From assembly GCF_009914755.1 (NCBI RefSeq), contig NC_060940.1: a stretch of DNA of 64,000 bases. The stretch is one strand, 5' to 3'. Position 1 is the stretch's first letter. Every line of letters starts with the position of its first letter. Source of the DNA: the human T2T-CHM13v2.0 reference genome, Homo sapiens. A program made the position numbers and the translations under genes. Shown piece by piece: positions 13,905 to 26,613 of the stretch. A model generated the notes under the pieces. The model ran no database searches and was not told where the DNA came from. It saw nothing but the letters and a program-made list of their open reading frames with translations.

Positions 13905-14376
13905 ATAGAATGATAACATCTCTTTATTAAGAGAGTATTTTGAGTAAGTTAGCTAAAGCTTTACTGGGAAGACACCCAGGAAAGCTTCACCAGAGAGCCA
14001 TTCTCCACCACGACAATACTCCTGCTAATTCCTCTCATCAAATAAGGGCAATATGGCGATGGTTGCAATAGGAAATCATGAGGTATCCATCTTACAGCCC
14101 TGAGTTGGCGCCTCCTGATTTTTTTTTTCTTTCCTTATTTTAAAGAGTCTTTAAAGAACGCCCATTTTTCTTCCATTAATAATGTATAAAAGACGTCATT
14201 GACATGGTTAAATTCCCAGCACCCTCAGTTCTTTAGAAATAGACCAAACAACAGGTATCATCACTTAAAAACTGTCTTGATTTTGATTGAGTTTCTGTTG
14301 AGAAATAAAGTATATATTTTTTATTTTTATCTTTTAATTCCATGTTTCCATAAAATATACTTGAAGTCATCTCATA
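13905..14376 (+). mobile_element. HSMAR2 mariner transposon, 3' fragment with decayed transposase
   Basis: Remnants translate to LHQRAILHHDN and YSPELAP (14093-14113; mariner YSPDLAP motif), followed by a TIR-like end ttgaagtcatctcata. Confidence 0.85.
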
Positions 14377-16949
14377 TATACTCAGCATTAAGAAATGATC
14401 TGGAGTAGTCAAGTCAATCAATAGTTTTATAAAGATAGATTGGTGGATGGGTAAGTGGAGTTTAAGGGTGGGTAACAGATTCCTGGAAACTTTCCCTAAG
14501 TACACTAATTCAGAGAACTCTTTTTTCTTCTATAATTCCCCAAAGCATATTTATATATACTAGTTCTATTTCTCCACTTTATGTACTTTATTATATCTCT
14601 CAATTCACGGATATATACTTACCTAGGACCTACAACTAAAATCTACACCGAAAAAGTGTTAAAGATATATTAATAATGTGGCTTAATTAAAAAACTAAAT
14701 AAATGTATTGAAGTGTGCTTGTTTAAACAATATTCTAAACAACCATTTTGATATCCAATTTATCCACAGTTCCATTTATGCACGCATAAAATATTGACTC
14801 TCCAATTGGTTGACCTGATAAAGGACTGCAATTAAAATAGAAAATGACTGTTTAAGAACTTGCATATTAATAGGTTTTATGTTTTAAAATAACTCCCTCA
14901 TCAACTCTCTTTGTATCAAAATTTCAACTTTGCTTTTGAAGTTATGGGAGTCTAGTTTTCCAGTTCACTTTAATGCTGGAGATTTCTGAGTTCTGAAGTA
15001 CTTCAGCTCTGAATAAGCCTAAGACACTTTCAGATTCCCAACTGAATTTAACTATTTGAAGAAGGTATGAAAATAAAATTAATAAATGAAGGGAGGCAGC
15101 ATAAATATGCTGTATAGCTTTATTCAAGAGAGCAAAGGCTCTCTGAGAGTGGCTAAAGAATTATTTGATATACAGCTTGGTTTGATGTCACAGTGAGCAG
15201 TTCGGACAAATCTAAACATAAGCACTTTCTTTATGTCAAAATTATTAAGAACCATTTATACTTTGGAAGCTATTTTTCTGAGATTATCAGTATCTTATTT
15301 AATGTGTGTCTCTTTTATCATTTCTTAAAGTAAGGACTCTTTTCAAAATAATTCTGATGCCTTGATACCAGAACTCATATTGAATAAAGCTCATATTGTC
15401 TCATTCTCGGGGATGTTACAATTATCTGTCATATAAGCATGTACATTTTAGTGTCACTGAAGAAGTTTCACTGGACATAACACAAAAACAATTCCACTTT
15501 AGTAAGAATTTTTGTTTTCTTTTTTCAATTAAGCACTTTTTTTCTGTTTAATGATTCTCTCTGAAAAAGAAAATTATATAATCACAGTTTTTTTCTTCTT
15601 CTCCTTTTAACCTCAGACAACTGAGGTACAGTGATTATGTTGACTGGATTTCAGGATCTGTTATAATTATATATTTGTCTCCTGTGAATGACAATATAAA
15701 CCCTTCCTCTTGCAGTATTGAGGAGTTATTTTCAGTCTTGATAAAATATTGCTCCTTTTAACACACGCGATGTTTTACATTTGCAAACTGCCATAGTCCT
15801 CATTTTTCTGCAGGTGTTGTTGTTGCACAATGAGTATGGAGATTCTCTTTGTCACTTGCTTGATTAAAATAATCGAAAACATAAAGTGAAAAAATCTTCC
15901 AATACAATTCATTCATTAACATAGCTTTCTTTTATGAGTATTGTTCTTCCAGTAGCTTCACAAAGAATATTAGTCTGTGTGTTCTCAGAGGTGATTTACA
16001 AAACTCATTAAAGATATGAAAATTATTTTAGAAACTATGTAAATTGAATTTAGAAGGGATGGTAAATCCTATATATGATTTTAAGTAGTACACATATCAT
16101 GTGAAGCAAAGCTCTTCCATAAATACAGAAATATGAAATTGGATTTTCCAAGAGAGATAAAATTTCTTCTGTTTTTCATGCTGTTTTCTAAATTTGAATT
16201 CAGAAAATATTATCATCCTATTTAGAAAAGAGAATTTGGAAAAGCATATGAAGTTTTTATTTACTAGACCAGTTGTGCCATTCATTGGTTCTGGAATTCT
16301 ACATATTTTAGGGCAAAGCTAATCTAGTCCTTTTTTTCTGTTTGCACCCAATGGCTAGCTCCACTCTGAAAGAGAAAGTTATCTAAGTGGTTCACTAAGT
16401 TCTATTTCTGTCTATGCCTTTTCTATTCCTGTGTCCGTTGTTACTTTTCTGATGGCAATTGTCACATTGAACTAAAATTCCTCAATACTATGATCTCTGT
16501 GGTCTTGAGTTGTCACATGAGTTGTCTGTACTAGAACACTCACATTTCTTGATCTTACTTGGGCAATTCCCAATTATAACTCTTAATTGATCAGAAATTT
16601 CACAGTGTAAGTGGCATCTAAACGGAATAGCTCGTCTGCTTGCTCTCATAGTCTGCTACCCTTCCGTGGACCCTATCACATTATATTATACTTTCCTTTT
16701 TCTTGATCAAACTTTGTTACTGTACTGGAGGCAATGTGAAAGCAAGTACAATATCTACAATATCTACCATGGCACTAGACATTGCTTTCTTTACACCTCA
16801 GAAAAAAAAAATCAATAATATTGTTAGCTGCCCTAAAGAATGAGTGAGCAAAGAAAAGATGCAGTGAGTTTGAAAATTTTATCTCAGTTTTCTCTTCTTA
16901 AATACTTGGATAAGCTCACTGGTTTGTTGGGAATGGTGTCAGCTAGTTG

Positions 16950-17450
16950 TCTGTCTCCAAGTCTTTTGTTTCATTCTCTTCCTCCTCCTTGGGAATACAA
17001 CTGTGATATTATTCAGGGATGAAATGTGCTTATTCTCCCAATCTGGTCAAGAGATTGTGTTCTGGCTAATGTAATGTTAGCAGAAATGTTGCATGGGATT
17101 TCTGTGCAGGTTAAAGTTTAAAGGTGCTGTCTCACATAGAGGACCCCTCTTTGCCCCTCTGCTTTTTCTCCACTTCTGTTCTGTGCAGAAGGAAGTTGGC
17201 ATTAATGACTGGAATTTCAGCATCCATCTTGAACCATGTAGTGGTCTTGAAAATAGATGAGGCACTGGATGGCAGAACAGAAAGATGGCACAGCTTGAGT
17301 CCCGGGTATCACTATGAAGTCAACAAGTCAGCTCTGGACTATGTTCAAGCTTACTTTATATGTGTGAAAATAGACTTTAATTCTCTTTCAGCTCATGTTA
17401 TTTTGCAATGTTCAATTATGCAATGGAAAACTGAACTTAAACTATTGGTG
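16950..17450 (+). mobile_element. Old MLT1 (J/K-type) LTR
   Basis: tgttctggctaatgtaatgttagcagaaatg...cagcatccatcttgaaccatg...gatggcagaacagaaagatgg. Boundaries approximate. Confidence 0.6.
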
Positions 17451-17877
17451 TGAAATTTTACTGAAATCCATATGAAAAGTACTAGTGTCACTTTATACAG
17501 AGAGAAGAAAAGAGAGGAAGACAAGGAGACAAAGTCACTATTCTTTCTTTTGTTATTCTCCAGGAAACAATCAACTAACTTAATGAAGAAGTAAAAGAAA
17601 TCTTATATAACAAAGTGTGTAGAACGTGAACCTAATCTTTGAGAAAATTCAAGTTGTTGCTTATTCTAAACTTACCAAGATGTTAAGAGAAGCTAAACAA
17701 GTTTTCTTCTGCCTAAAAAGATAACAGAGTAGTGTGATCTTTGTAGAGTTATAGCCTACAAGTAACTTAGCATCATGATATGTAGACCAGGCTTCTTTGA
17801 GTGCAGTCATCATAAGCCCAGTGGATGAAGATGGATAAAATCTGAAGGACTGATGCATAAACTATCTAAGTTTCCTG

Positions 17878-18296
17878 CACCTAGATGTTTAAGGAAGTTT
17901 TCAAACAAAGTCTTCTCTGTCTCTGTATATTAAACAGTTAATCAATGAATGCTAAGAGATAGCCCAAAGTTTAGAAGGGCAGCTGTTTTCCCTCATCCAA
18001 TGGAACTAGGTAGCAAGACACCTGCTTTTTACTTTCTGTCATCTTTATACTCACCAGAAAAATCATGGGCTAATATCAGAATCCCTGCCAGTTTTGCAAG
18101 TTTTAGAGGTCCCAGGTGAGTGTGAACTCAGTCTAAGCTTCCACCTTCAAGGTTTGTTCCCTTAGTGGAGTGAAAAGAACAATGTTTATCTCTTGAACAC
18201 TTATAGTAAGACAATCAAAAGGAACTATTGGAAATGTTCCTTTTATTGGAAATGTTTAATAATAGAGGCTTATCATTTTTTGATTGCTATAGTACT
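17878..18296 (+). repeat. Left arm of a ~410 bp inverted duplication
   Basis: Reverse complement of 21527-21934 by manual alignment, roughly 85-90% identical. Confidence 0.95.
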
Positions 18297-21039
18297 AGCT
18301 AATAGATTATTGTTCTGAATACACATAATGCATATTTTTGTTAATTCCTTGAAATGCTTATTGATAAATATTTGATTGTTTGTATTAACATCTTGTCCTT
18401 GAATTCAAAGGCACTATTTTCATCACGTCCTCTTCTTCTTCAATATGTTAAAATATAAAAAAAAAAAAACCAGAAAATATCACTAGACTGCCCCCAGTGT
18501 TACTCCAGAGCAGAATGTGTGCCTTAATGAAATTTACATTTCAAGCAACAAACACAGTGTCCAAATCACTGTGGTACTCAAAAATATGCTGACCTGATTG
18601 TGGAGTACTTAAAACATTTTTGTATAAATTTGTTACAACATATTAAACTCTAAATTGATATCTTGTTTCTGATGGTTCAGGCTTTTCCAAGAAATCCACA
18701 TAGATTTTCCTTCACCTCTCAAATTATCATCCTTAGTCAGTATTGATTAAGTATCTTCCTGAGCTCTGTTACTTTGTACACACTGTGCAAAGCAAGTTCA
18801 ATCAGCATAGTTTCTTCTCTTAAAGAGCCTTACACCTAAGAGACACCCAGTTCTGAAGGGATCCGAGGCTGCACATGAGTGTTCCATTTTTCAGCCCAGC
18901 GAAAGGGTATTTGCGAAACTAAAGAAGGAGGATGGCACAGAATTGAATAGGAGAAGGTGGGGTCAGCGTTTATCTGGCTTTAGGTCTCTATGCAATTCAA
19001 AAATGGGAAAAGACTGCAAAAGTAAATGTTTATGTAAAGTGTTAGAGAACACAGTATTGTTTTAGTTGAAAAAAAAGTTTAGCTCTGTCTAACTTGGAGG
19101 TTTACTATACTGCTTTGGAAATGGCTGAGCACACAGAGAACATTAGCTGAAGATGCAGTATCACTTTGTCTCTTCATGGCCTAGTTTATTATTACAATTA
19201 CAACTAGTTAAGGTCTTATACTTAGGAATCTCTTCCCCTATATCAACTTCAGTTAAAACATGTGTGGATAAGAGTAAAAAGCTGTGGATAGAAGGATAAA
19301 TTCAAATACTTTTATAGCACTTCTTTCATGAAATTGAACTCTGTAAAAATCTAAACATTTTAAAGATAATAATGGTGATAATAAGGATGTTAATAATGAT
19401 GGTGATAATACTGTTTTCAGTCCGTATTTTGGGCATGTACTATTTTAAGCACTTTGTAACAATAATCTTATGTAATCCCACAATAATTCTACAAAATATT
19501 TCCAAGTCTCCAAGTTAGCCTGACTAGCCATTTTTCTTGAGACTTATATTTTTTCTTCACTGTAAACCCTCAAACCCTCAATTAGGCAAAAAGGGTTTTG
19601 TGATGGTGTCAGATATAATGTTGTCTTGAATTTCCCTTTTCTGTTTGCAGACAATTTATATGACCCTCTCAAAAGTTTGTTGTGTTGTTTGCTGATGATT
19701 TGATCCCAGAGGAAAGAATAAAATAACAAAAATTTGTCATACATTTTATAGAATTGCTTCTCATGGTAGTGAACCATGAAAATTCAATATCAATATTTGA
19801 AGTTTTCACAAGCCTACTTAAAGAAAAAAATGACTAAAATACAGAAATAGTAATTAAGTTTTAAAATATTTGTTTGAACAATTATTTCATTGTTTTTCTT
19901 ATAATAAATTAACCTCTTGTGTCTCCTCTTGTAGGTTATTGAAACCTTGGGATTATTATCATTTCTCATCTTTACATAGTTTGCTTAGTACTCAATACAT
20001 ATATGAAATTGTAGTATTCTTTTTTTTTTTTAACCTACTAATATAATAGCACAGTTTCTACTTGAAAACAGTCTTCCTCTAAGGAACAAATTGACGGAAA
20101 ATAATGAAACTACATAAATTAGAATAAAAAAACAGTTAAATTACAAAATGCCAGGCTGTTATGGCCAGTAGAGTATGAAAATATTTACTGGTGAAAAATA
20201 AATATCATAAGTGCATTACAGTGATATATGTACACTGTTCAAAGAATTCGTTCAAAAATATATGCTAGCCTTTAAAAATGAATATTCTGCTAAGTTCTAG
20301 AATAAAAATAGCACCATTTGTTGAATGATGAATATGAGATACGCTAGCAGTGCTTTACATACATTATTTTATTTAACCCTTGTATAAACCAAATTGTTCT
20401 AAATATGTTTTTGCTTATATTAACTTTGCTAAATTCTTTGATGTTAATTGTATTCTTCTAAACTATCCCTTTATGAAACTGCTATAAATTTCTGAGTATA
20501 ACATGCTCCTTTGGCCTTTCTAAAGACAAATCAAAATGACTGGATGGTGACCAAAGTGAACAGATAGGATATTTATTTTTGTGTTATGTAATGTATGAAC
20601 ACTTCACTCTTTATACCAAAGAATATGTCATTTGAAATAGAATGTACATTGTTGTTTCTCTCAGATACAGCTTACTTAAGATTCTAAATTCCTAATGTTA
20701 CTGTTTATGCAATTAAAATTTTTTTATATGAATTTGAAATGGTGCACCAAAGCAGAAATTTATATTATAGGGTTCAAACCTATGATGTTGCTTTCCACCT
20801 AACAGATAGCCAACAATTAAAGCCACTAGTGGAATTTCAAAAATATATAACAATGTATACAAGAAATAATTATATTGAACTCGTTGTCCAAAATAAAGTA
20901 AATTTTAAGATGGGTAATACTTTTTAAAATTTATGCAAATACATTTCTTATTACATGGCTATTTGGGCCCTATTGGTTTTACCATAGGTTGATTACAAAA
21001 TTGGTCCTTTTTTTTCCTTTTCCTATATTCAGACCCCAT

Positions 21040-21464
21040 GGAGTGCAATTTTGAATCTCCTCCCATCAAGAGGTAGCATGTTGTTTCACCATCGCTTGTA
21101 TTTATACTGTCTTTGTGATTTATTCTGGCCAACAGAATGCGTCAGATGCAATGCTGTGGTTTGTGCTTTCTTAGAGTGCGTTGGAACTATGCCATTGCCA
21201 TGTAAATAAGCTGAAGCTTATCTGTGGGAAGACGGGACATAAGTAGCCCAGTCAACTCATTGTCCAAGCTGACTGCCATCCCATCTCCAGGCACACAAGT
21301 GAAGCCATACTAGAGCAGTCAGTTCCTGCCAGTGTTGAAGCAACACTGAGCCAGACCAAATCAACCCTGAGGACCTGTGGACTCAGGAGCAATAATGAAT
21401 ACTTATTTTTCAAAGCTACAGATTTTGGGGGTGACATTTTTTTACAGCAAGAGCTGAGTGATAT
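21040..21464 (+). mobile_element. MLT1 (G/H-type) LTR
   Basis: ctcctcccatcaagaggtag...tggccaacagaatgc...aagctacagattttgggggtgacattttttacagcaagagctgagtgatata. Confidence 0.65.
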
Positions 21465-21526
21465 AGAATTTATATAAGAAAATGTCTTAACTCATTTAGA
21501 GGATAGCAAAAACTGACTTACAAAGA

Positions 21527-21934
21527 AGCACTATAGCAATCAAAAAATTCTGTCTCCATTATTAAGACTGTCTTGTGCATTTCCAACAGTTGCTTTTGAT
21601 TGCCTTACTATAAGTGTTCAAGAAATAAATATTGCTTGTCTCACTCCATAAGGGAACAAACCACTGAAGGTGGAAGCTCAGACTGAGTTCACACTCAACT
21701 GGGACCTGTGAAACTTGCCAAGAATGACAGGGATTCTGATATTAGCTCATGATTTTGCTGGTGAGTATAAAGACCACAGAAAGTAGAAAAACAGGTGTCT
21801 TACTTGTTCCATTGGATGAGGGAAAACAGCTACCTTTCTAAACTTTGGGCTATCTCTTCGTGTTTATTGATTAACTGGTTAACATACAGAGACAGAGAAG
21901 ACTTTGTTTGAAAACTGCCTTAAACATCTAGGTG
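21527..21934 (-). repeat. Right arm of a ~410 bp inverted duplication
   Basis: Reverse complement of 17878-18296. Confidence 0.95.
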
Positions 21935-23048
21935 TTGCAGTGAATTCAACAGGAGGCTGTCACAGGACAATGGGGCTTCTGCTTGGAGGAAAAAAAGATC
22001 AAGGTGCAGGAACATCATTTATCAATATATAAGTATGAAGGCAAAGATGGGAAGTTTCAAGGGAAGGTATTTATCATGAGATATTGTTCTATTAAGCTGG
22101 CTTTATTTTGGTTACGTCAAGTGATTGATGTGCAGTAGATGTAATCATTTTGTCGAAAAGATGTTAGCCCGGCAATGTGTCAACCGTTCAGTGTACCATT
22201 ATTAAACAGTGGCATTCTGATTGACTTCCAAGCCAGAGACTTTCAACCTTCTGTTAATCAGAAATAGGCAATCCAAAAGCAAAAACCAAGGCAAAAGGAG
22301 TGACAAAAGTACTCAATAGATCTTTAAACTGTCAAAGAAAAGAACCCAATTACATTAAGTACATCTTATTGTTACAGAAAAGGTAAAAAAGCAAAAACCA
22401 CACATACTAAGCAATAAATGAAAAATAATAAATTCATTGTTTTGTCACTTTAGGCTATAATTGCCTATTGTTATCTCCCTAAAGGAAGGTAATTAATCTT
22501 GAAATCGTTGATGATTTTAAAATGTAAATTTCTTTGAGTAAATTGAATAGTAGAGTCCATATTTTTTAAAAAGCTATTCTGATCTTGGACCTTATTATAA
22601 CTGAACTTCCTTAATTTGCTGGCATTTAGAGAAAAAAACAATTTTTTACTTTGACATGCATGAGTCTTGAGGAAGAAGGCATTTGTTTTTTGTGTGTTTG
22701 TTCGGGGTTTTGATTTTTTTTTTTTCTCTTGGAAATGCAAGCTATAACTTGGCTGAATAATGGAAAATATGGAAGGTCATGAGACTCATTTCAGGGTATA
22801 TATTCATATAAAAGCAGAATGTAGGCATGGAAAGATCCATAACTGATCAAAAAAATACTTTACACTAGAGGTAATTATCTCTGTGACTTTGACTCAGTCT
22901 TATAGCATCCTTTGGCCTTTATTCTCTCTGTGGTGAGCATAGGGCCTGGTCTAAGATAAAAAGCAAGTGAGAGACTTCCCTTGAACACAAAATTTAAGGG
23001 ACACCAAATATCCAGCATTCAAAACAAACAACATTTTAATGCAATACG

Positions 23049-24385
23049 TTCTTTTCTTTTTTTAAATTATACTTTAAGTTCTAGGGTACATGTGCACAAC
23101 GTGCAGGTTTGTTACATAGGTATACACGTGCCATGTTGGTTTGCTGCACCCATCAACTCATCATTTACATTAGGTATTTCTTCTAATGCTATCCCTCCCC
23201 CAGCCTCCCACCCCCAACAGGCCCCGGTGTGTGATGTTTCCCATCCTGTGTCCATGTGTTCTCATTGTTCAACTCCCACTTATGAGAGAGAACGTGTGGT
23301 GTTTGGTTTTCTGTCCTTGTGATAGTTTGCTGAGAATGATGGTTTCCAGCTTCATCCATGTCCCTGCAAAGGACATGAACTCATCATTTTTTATGGCTGC
23401 ATAGCATTCCATGGTATATATGTGCCACATTTTCTTAATCCAGTCTATCATTGATGGACATTTGGGTTGGTTCCAAGTCTTTGCTATTGTAATTATTGCT
23501 GCAATAAACATACTTGTGCATGTGTCTTTATAGTAGCATCATTTATAATCCTTTGGGTATATACCCAGTCATGGGATCACTGGGTCAAATGGTATTTGTA
23601 GTTCTAGATCCTTGAGGAATCGCCACACTGTCTTCACAATGGGTGAACTAGTTTACAGTCCCACCAACAGTGTAAAAGTGTTCCTATTTCTCCACATCCT
23701 CTCCAGCACCTGTTGTTTCCTGACTTTTTAATGATCACCATTCTAACTGGTGTGAGATGGTATCTCCTTGTGGTTTTGATTTGCATTTCTCTGATGACCA
23801 GTGATGATGAGCATTTTTTCATATGTCTGTTGGCTGCATAAATGTCTGCTTTTGAGAAGTGTCTGTTCATATCCTTTGCCCACTTTTTGATGTATGTTTT
23901 TTTCTTATAAGTTTAAGTTCTTTGTAGATTCTGAATATTAGCCCTTTGTCAGATGGGTAGATTGCAAAAATTTTCTCCCATTCTGTAGGTTGCCTGTTCA
24001 CTCTGATAATAGTTTCTTTTGCTGTGCAGAAGCTCTTTAGTTTAATTAGATCCCATTTGTCAATTTTGGCTTTTGTTGCCATTGCTTTTGGTATTTTAGT
24101 CATGAAGTCTTTGCCCGTGCCTATGTCCTGAATGGTAATGCCTAGGTTTTCTTCTAGGGGTTTTATGGTGTTAGGTCTTATATTTAAGTCTTTAATCTAT
24201 CTTGAGTTAATTTTTATATATGGTTTAAGGAAGGGACCCAGTTTCAGCTTTCTACATATGGCTAGCCAGTTTTCCCAGCACCAATGTCCATCAATGATAG
24301 ACTGGATTAAGAAAATGTGGTACATATACACCATTTATTAAATAGGGAATCCTTTCCCCATTTCTTGTTTTTGTCAGGTTTGTCT
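23049..24385 (-). mobile_element. 5'-truncated L1PA (about L1PA6-7): 3' UTR plus ORF2 C-terminus
   Basis: ttatactttaagttctagggtacatgtgcacaacgtgcagg 3' end. ORF2 peptides [27 protein letters not shown] and [16 protein letters not shown] are split by frameshifts and stops. Confidence 0.95.
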
Positions 24386-24423
24386 AATGGATCAAAGTCT
24401 ATGATTAACACAGTATCAAAATT

Positions 24424-24722
24424 GGTTTGTTTGTTTGTTTCAGACAGGGTTTCACTCTGTCACCCAGGCTGGAGTGCAATGGCACAATGTCGGCTGACTG
24501 CAACCTCTGCTTCCCAAGCGCTAGTGATCCTCCCACCTCAGCCTGTCAGGTATCTAGAAGTAGAGGTGTGCACCACCATGCCTGGCTTATTTTTTTAATT
24601 TTTTGTAGGGATGGCATCTCACTAGGTTACCCAGGCTGGTCTTAATCTCCTGCGCTCAAGCAATCCTCATACCTCAGGGTCCCAAAGTGCTGGGATTACA
24701 GGTGTGAGCCACTGTGCCCAGC
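24424..24722 (-). mobile_element. AluJ
   Basis: (TTTG)n tail, both monomers, flanked by tatcaaaa(a)tt TSD. Confidence 0.92.
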
Positions 24723-24829
24723 TATCAAAAATTTTAAGACAGGATCAGTATTATTGAATTTTCCTTTTGCTTCAGGAAATGTCTACACCAAATTTTGTGG
24801 ATAACTTTGTAGCTCAACGTATTTTCACC

Positions 24830-25220
24830 AAAAAAACACAGTCCTTGAAATGAGCATTCAGATAAAGAAACAGAGTATAACCAATATGTCCAGAATCTCT
24901 TATGTGTTTTTTCAGTCACTCCTACTCTTTCCTCAAGAGTTACCAAAATCTTGCCTTTTAACATTATCAGTTTCACCTATTTTTGAAATTTAAATAATTA
25001 AAATCATATAGAATGTTCTGTTTTGTCTGGCTTCTTTTGTTCAATATTATGTTTCTGAGATTCAGCCATATTTGTGTGCATTTATAGAAGGCATAGTCTC
25101 CTTGCTGTATAATGTTCCATTGTGTGCATATATCAGACTTTATTCACTTTATGACTAATGGACATTTGAGTAGCAAAAAAACAAAAACCAAACAAAATCA
25201 AAACGATGTTTATGAGCATT
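24830..25220 (-). mobile_element. Old L1M 3' fragment
   Basis: ttttgtctggcttcttttgttcaatattatgtttctgagattcagccat...atggacatttgagt. Confidence 0.7.
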
Positions 25221-25503
25221 GTTTTCCTTTGTCTCCTTTTTTCTAACAGCACCTCAGTTGTCATTTGGGAATCTTCCACTCCTACATTCTATATTGTGCT
25301 AGTGAGACTCCTATAATAATTCCCTTCCTCCATCTCCCAACTATGGTGAGTTCAAGACCTAAACTAAAACAATTCCTACAATTAATTCTTAACATAATGA
25401 CACACAGCAGATGTCCCAATGCTATAAAGAGATTGTGCATTAGTACTTGTTACAGATATATTTCAACGTGTGATTAGTTTTCTCTTCCCAGGTATTTAGG
25501 TGT

Positions 25504-25890
25504 TGTATTAGTCCATTTTCACACTGTTATAAACAACTACCTGAGACTGGGTAATTTACAAATAAAAAAGGTTTGATTGACTCACAGTTCCACAGGCTTA
25601 ACAGGAAGCATGGTTGGAAGGCCTCAGGAAACTTAGTCATGGCAGAAAAGGAAGAGGAAGCAAGCACTTCTTTACCATGATGGAGTAGGAGAGAGTGAGT
25701 TCACTAAGGAGGAAGTGCCGCACACTTTGAAACAACCAGATCTTATGAGAACTCACTCACTATCAAGAGACCAACAATGGGGAAGTTCACCCCCATGATT
25801 CAATGATTTCTCACAAGCCCCCTCCCCTGACACGTGGGGATTATAATTTGAGATGAGATTTGAGTGGGGACACAGAGCCAAACCATTTCA
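25504..25890 (-). mobile_element. MSTA-like solo LTR (MaLR)
   Basis: tgtattagtccattttcacac...gacacagagccaaaccatttca, with 5-bp TSD ggtgt/agtgt. Confidence 0.88.
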
Positions 25891-26140
25891 AGTGTTCAGC
25901 TTTACATTTGATTCTGTGAGTTACCTAGTGACCTTTCAATCAATTGCTTGAAAAGATTAAGCTAGCCAAATTATGTTTTTGTTTCTTGCATCAAAAAGAA
26001 CCTTGACAAAGAGAGAGAAGTTAAAGCAATTCACATGGGAGGAAAGAGACAGTAACCTGAATAATCATACAAAGTAGAAAATGTAAACCTGTGTTACTTT
26101 GTATATTAGTTCATTTCCACTCTGCTGATAAAGACATACC

Positions 26141-26593
26141 TGTCAGGCCTCTGAGCCCAAGCCAAGCCATCGCATCCCCTATGACTTGCACCTATACGCC
26201 CAGATGGCCTGAAGTAACTGAAGAATCACAAAAGAAGTGAATATGCCCTGCCCCACCTTAACTGATGACATTCCACCACAAAAGAAGTGTAAATGGCCAG
26301 TCCTTGCCTTAAGTGATGACATTACCTTGTGAAAGTCCTTTTCCTAGCTCATCCTGGCTCAAAAAACACCCCCACTGAGCACCTTGCGACCCCCACTCCT
26401 GCCCGCCAGAGAACAAACCCCCTTTGACTGTAATTTTCCTTTACCTACCCAAATCCTATAAAACGGCCCCACCCCTATCTCCCTTCACTGACTCTCTTTT
26501 CAGACTCAGCCCTCCTGCACCCAGGTGAAATAAACAGCCATGTTGCTCACACAAAGCCTGTTTGGTGGTCTCTTCACACGGACGCGCATGAAA
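26141..26593 (+). promoter_or_regulatory. 5' LTR7 (promoter/enhancer)
   Basis: U3 repeats containing cacaaaagaagtg, TATAAAA at 26457-26463, GC/GT box ggccccacccc, AATAAA at 26529-26534. Confidence 0.95.
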
Positions 26594-26595
26594 TT

Positions 26596-26613
26596 TGGTG
26601 CCTTGACTCAGAT
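26596..26613 (+). promoter_or_regulatory. tRNA-His primer binding site
   Basis: tggtgccttgactcagat versus canonical TGGTGCCGTGACTCGGAT (2 mismatches), directly after the 5' LTR. Confidence 0.93.

Noticed and set aside
17878-21934. Inverted arms as TIRs of a DNA transposon
   Set aside because: No target-site duplication outside the arms and no transposase remnant inside. Kept as an unexplained inverted duplication.
26596-26613. tRNA-His-like sequence as a tRNA gene
   Set aside because: Only the 18-nt complement of the tRNA 3' end is present, next to an LTR, so it is a primer binding site.
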